This document shows positions 63,401 to 64,000 of a stretch of DNA of 64,000 bases, piece after piece (within the stretch, counting starts at the first letter, position 1; every line of letters begins with the position of its first letter). The notes below the pieces were generated by a model. That model did not search any database. It was not told where the DNA came from and worked only from the letters and a program-made list of their open reading frames with translations. A program made the translations under genes and the position numbers. Origin of the DNA: Phoronis australis (Eukaryota > Animalia > Phoronida); NCBI GenBank assembly GCA_002633005.1, contig NMRA01000051.1, forward strand, positions 62,001 to 126,000. Direction: 5' to 3'.

Positions 63401-63540
63401 ACCTTTAACACTTTCACTGTGGGGCATATGTCCCTGATAGCTCACGTGTTATACAAATACATGCACTTACAACTGATCACGAAGCCTCTCTGAATCTTGC
63501 GGCGTACCAACACTGGCGACCAACTGGTTGATTTTGTTGA
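54436..63540 (-). CDS. STX7: Syntaxin-7/12 (endosomal Qa-SNARE); 5' end lies outside the window. Exons 63540-63471, 62345-62246, 61506-61378, 60093-60038, 58915-58819, 56944-56872, 55505-55423, 54543-54436
   Basis: Habc segments GTPQDSERLRDQL|HEVQHYTNQLAKDTNKYLKDL...|RQRKLQKERLTNDFS...ARARA. SNARE motif IREREEAIRQLE|SDIVGVNEIFKDLAMIVHEQGEVI|DSIEANVE...QLSQAREYQ. C-terminal TM after KARRKKCC. Phases are consistent. Equally similar to STX12, so the symbol is tentative. Confidence 0.9.
56083..56242. repeat. Perfect 20-bp minisatellite x8
   Basis: ATGTGTGACACTTGACCTGC repeated 8 times. Confidence 0.97.
57308..58739 (-). mobile_element. Helentron/HINE-like element, in a syntaxin intron
   Basis: Begins AACAAGAGCAACGCGGAGCATTAAAATGCACCCAC, has the same internal repeat units, and ends ATAATATGCCCACATAT...ATAAAAA. 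Confidence 0.7.
59217..60032 (-). mobile_element. Helentron/HINE-like element abutting a syntaxin splice donor
   Basis: Degenerate ACAAAAGCAATGC start, CCACTAGGGGGCAC / CCAAATTTCACA units, and end GCAATATGCGACC...GGAGCATAAG. Confidence 0.6.
61126..61385. repeat. 49/50-bp tandem repeat (~5 copies) overlapping a syntaxin exon end
   Basis: Unit TGTTGGTGACAGTTCTCCCAACATGACCTGCACTACCCACTACTCACAG(A). Confidence 0.95.
61610..62040 (-). mobile_element. Internal fragment of the HINE-like family
   Basis: GCCAATTTTCACAAAAATCC, AAATTGGCACAAGGGCAC and AATTTCATGAAAACCTG units without intact ends. Confidence 0.45.
63084..63404. mobile_element. TTAA-flanked MITE (Kolobok-like)
   Basis: TTAA|AGGCGAAGGCAACCTTTCTTCACGTCA...TGACATGAAAAAAGGTTGCCTTCACCT|TTAA; ~36-bp imperfect TIRs. 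Confidence 0.75.
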
Positions 63541-64000
63541 CTGAAAATTCAAATTGATAGACTATGATCCAGACCCTAAGCATAACAGTGTAACAAACTA
63601 CTGCAAAAATGTGAGAATCAGTTACTGACAGTGTCATTATGACACGACAACTACAAGAGGCCCTGTCACACCAAGATAGTTCTTGGTATGATCTCAAGAA
63701 CAGGACAAAACAATGGGAACTAACTTAGCCTTGTACAGCCTGAAAAAAAGCCCCACAGGCACTGTTGCATTTGAGGCATGTTTTGTGCTCTAAGGACACT
63801 ATTCTAACACTGGTGGTGCAGGATTAAATCCAAGGTCAGAAGGAAAACGTTTGAACACAAACATGAATGTATTGACCAGAGCATAAAAGCACAAAAGCAA
63901 AACATTAATCGTTTATTAAAAAGAATGCAAAATTATTGCATCTGTGACAAAATTCTACAACATAACACTATAAAATATGAATTCAATTGTAAACGACCAA

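Overview
Eukaryotic, intron-rich animal DNA; the repeat families suggest a marine invertebrate, probably a mollusc or other lophotrochozoan (inference). There is one 700-N assembly gap at 18902-19601. I reconstructed six spliced protein-coding genes by hand from splice signals and reading phase: the 5' part of an ethanolaminephosphotransferase (SELENOI/EPT1, minus), a complete EndoU/XendoU-type poly(U) endoribonuclease (plus, head-to-head with EPT1, start codons ~213 bp apart), TTC33 (minus, with a GC-AG intron), PIF1 helicase (plus, head-to-head with TTC33), a lipidation-motif stathmin-domain protein (plus), and most of a syntaxin-7/12 (minus). The introns hold many non-autonomous elements: a P-element-like foldback MITE with an 8-bp TSD plus a solo arm, Tc2/pogo-like elements, several Helentron/HINE-like elements, a TTAA-flanked MITE, tRNA-derived SINEs and a Penelope remnant. 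The most unusual items are (i) a miniature LTR retroelement (TRIM) with a tRNA-Ser PBS, a PPT and a tRNA-like Pol III module inside its LTRs; (ii) near-identical inverted repeats bracketing the shared promoter and both first exons of EPT1/EndoU; (iii) a candidate 30-nt Rbfox/UGC-type microexon in the syntaxin; and (iv) tandem arrays that copy exon ends together with their splice donors. Most ORFs in the supplied track are spurious or intronic. All family assignments are from recalled motifs; no database searches were run.
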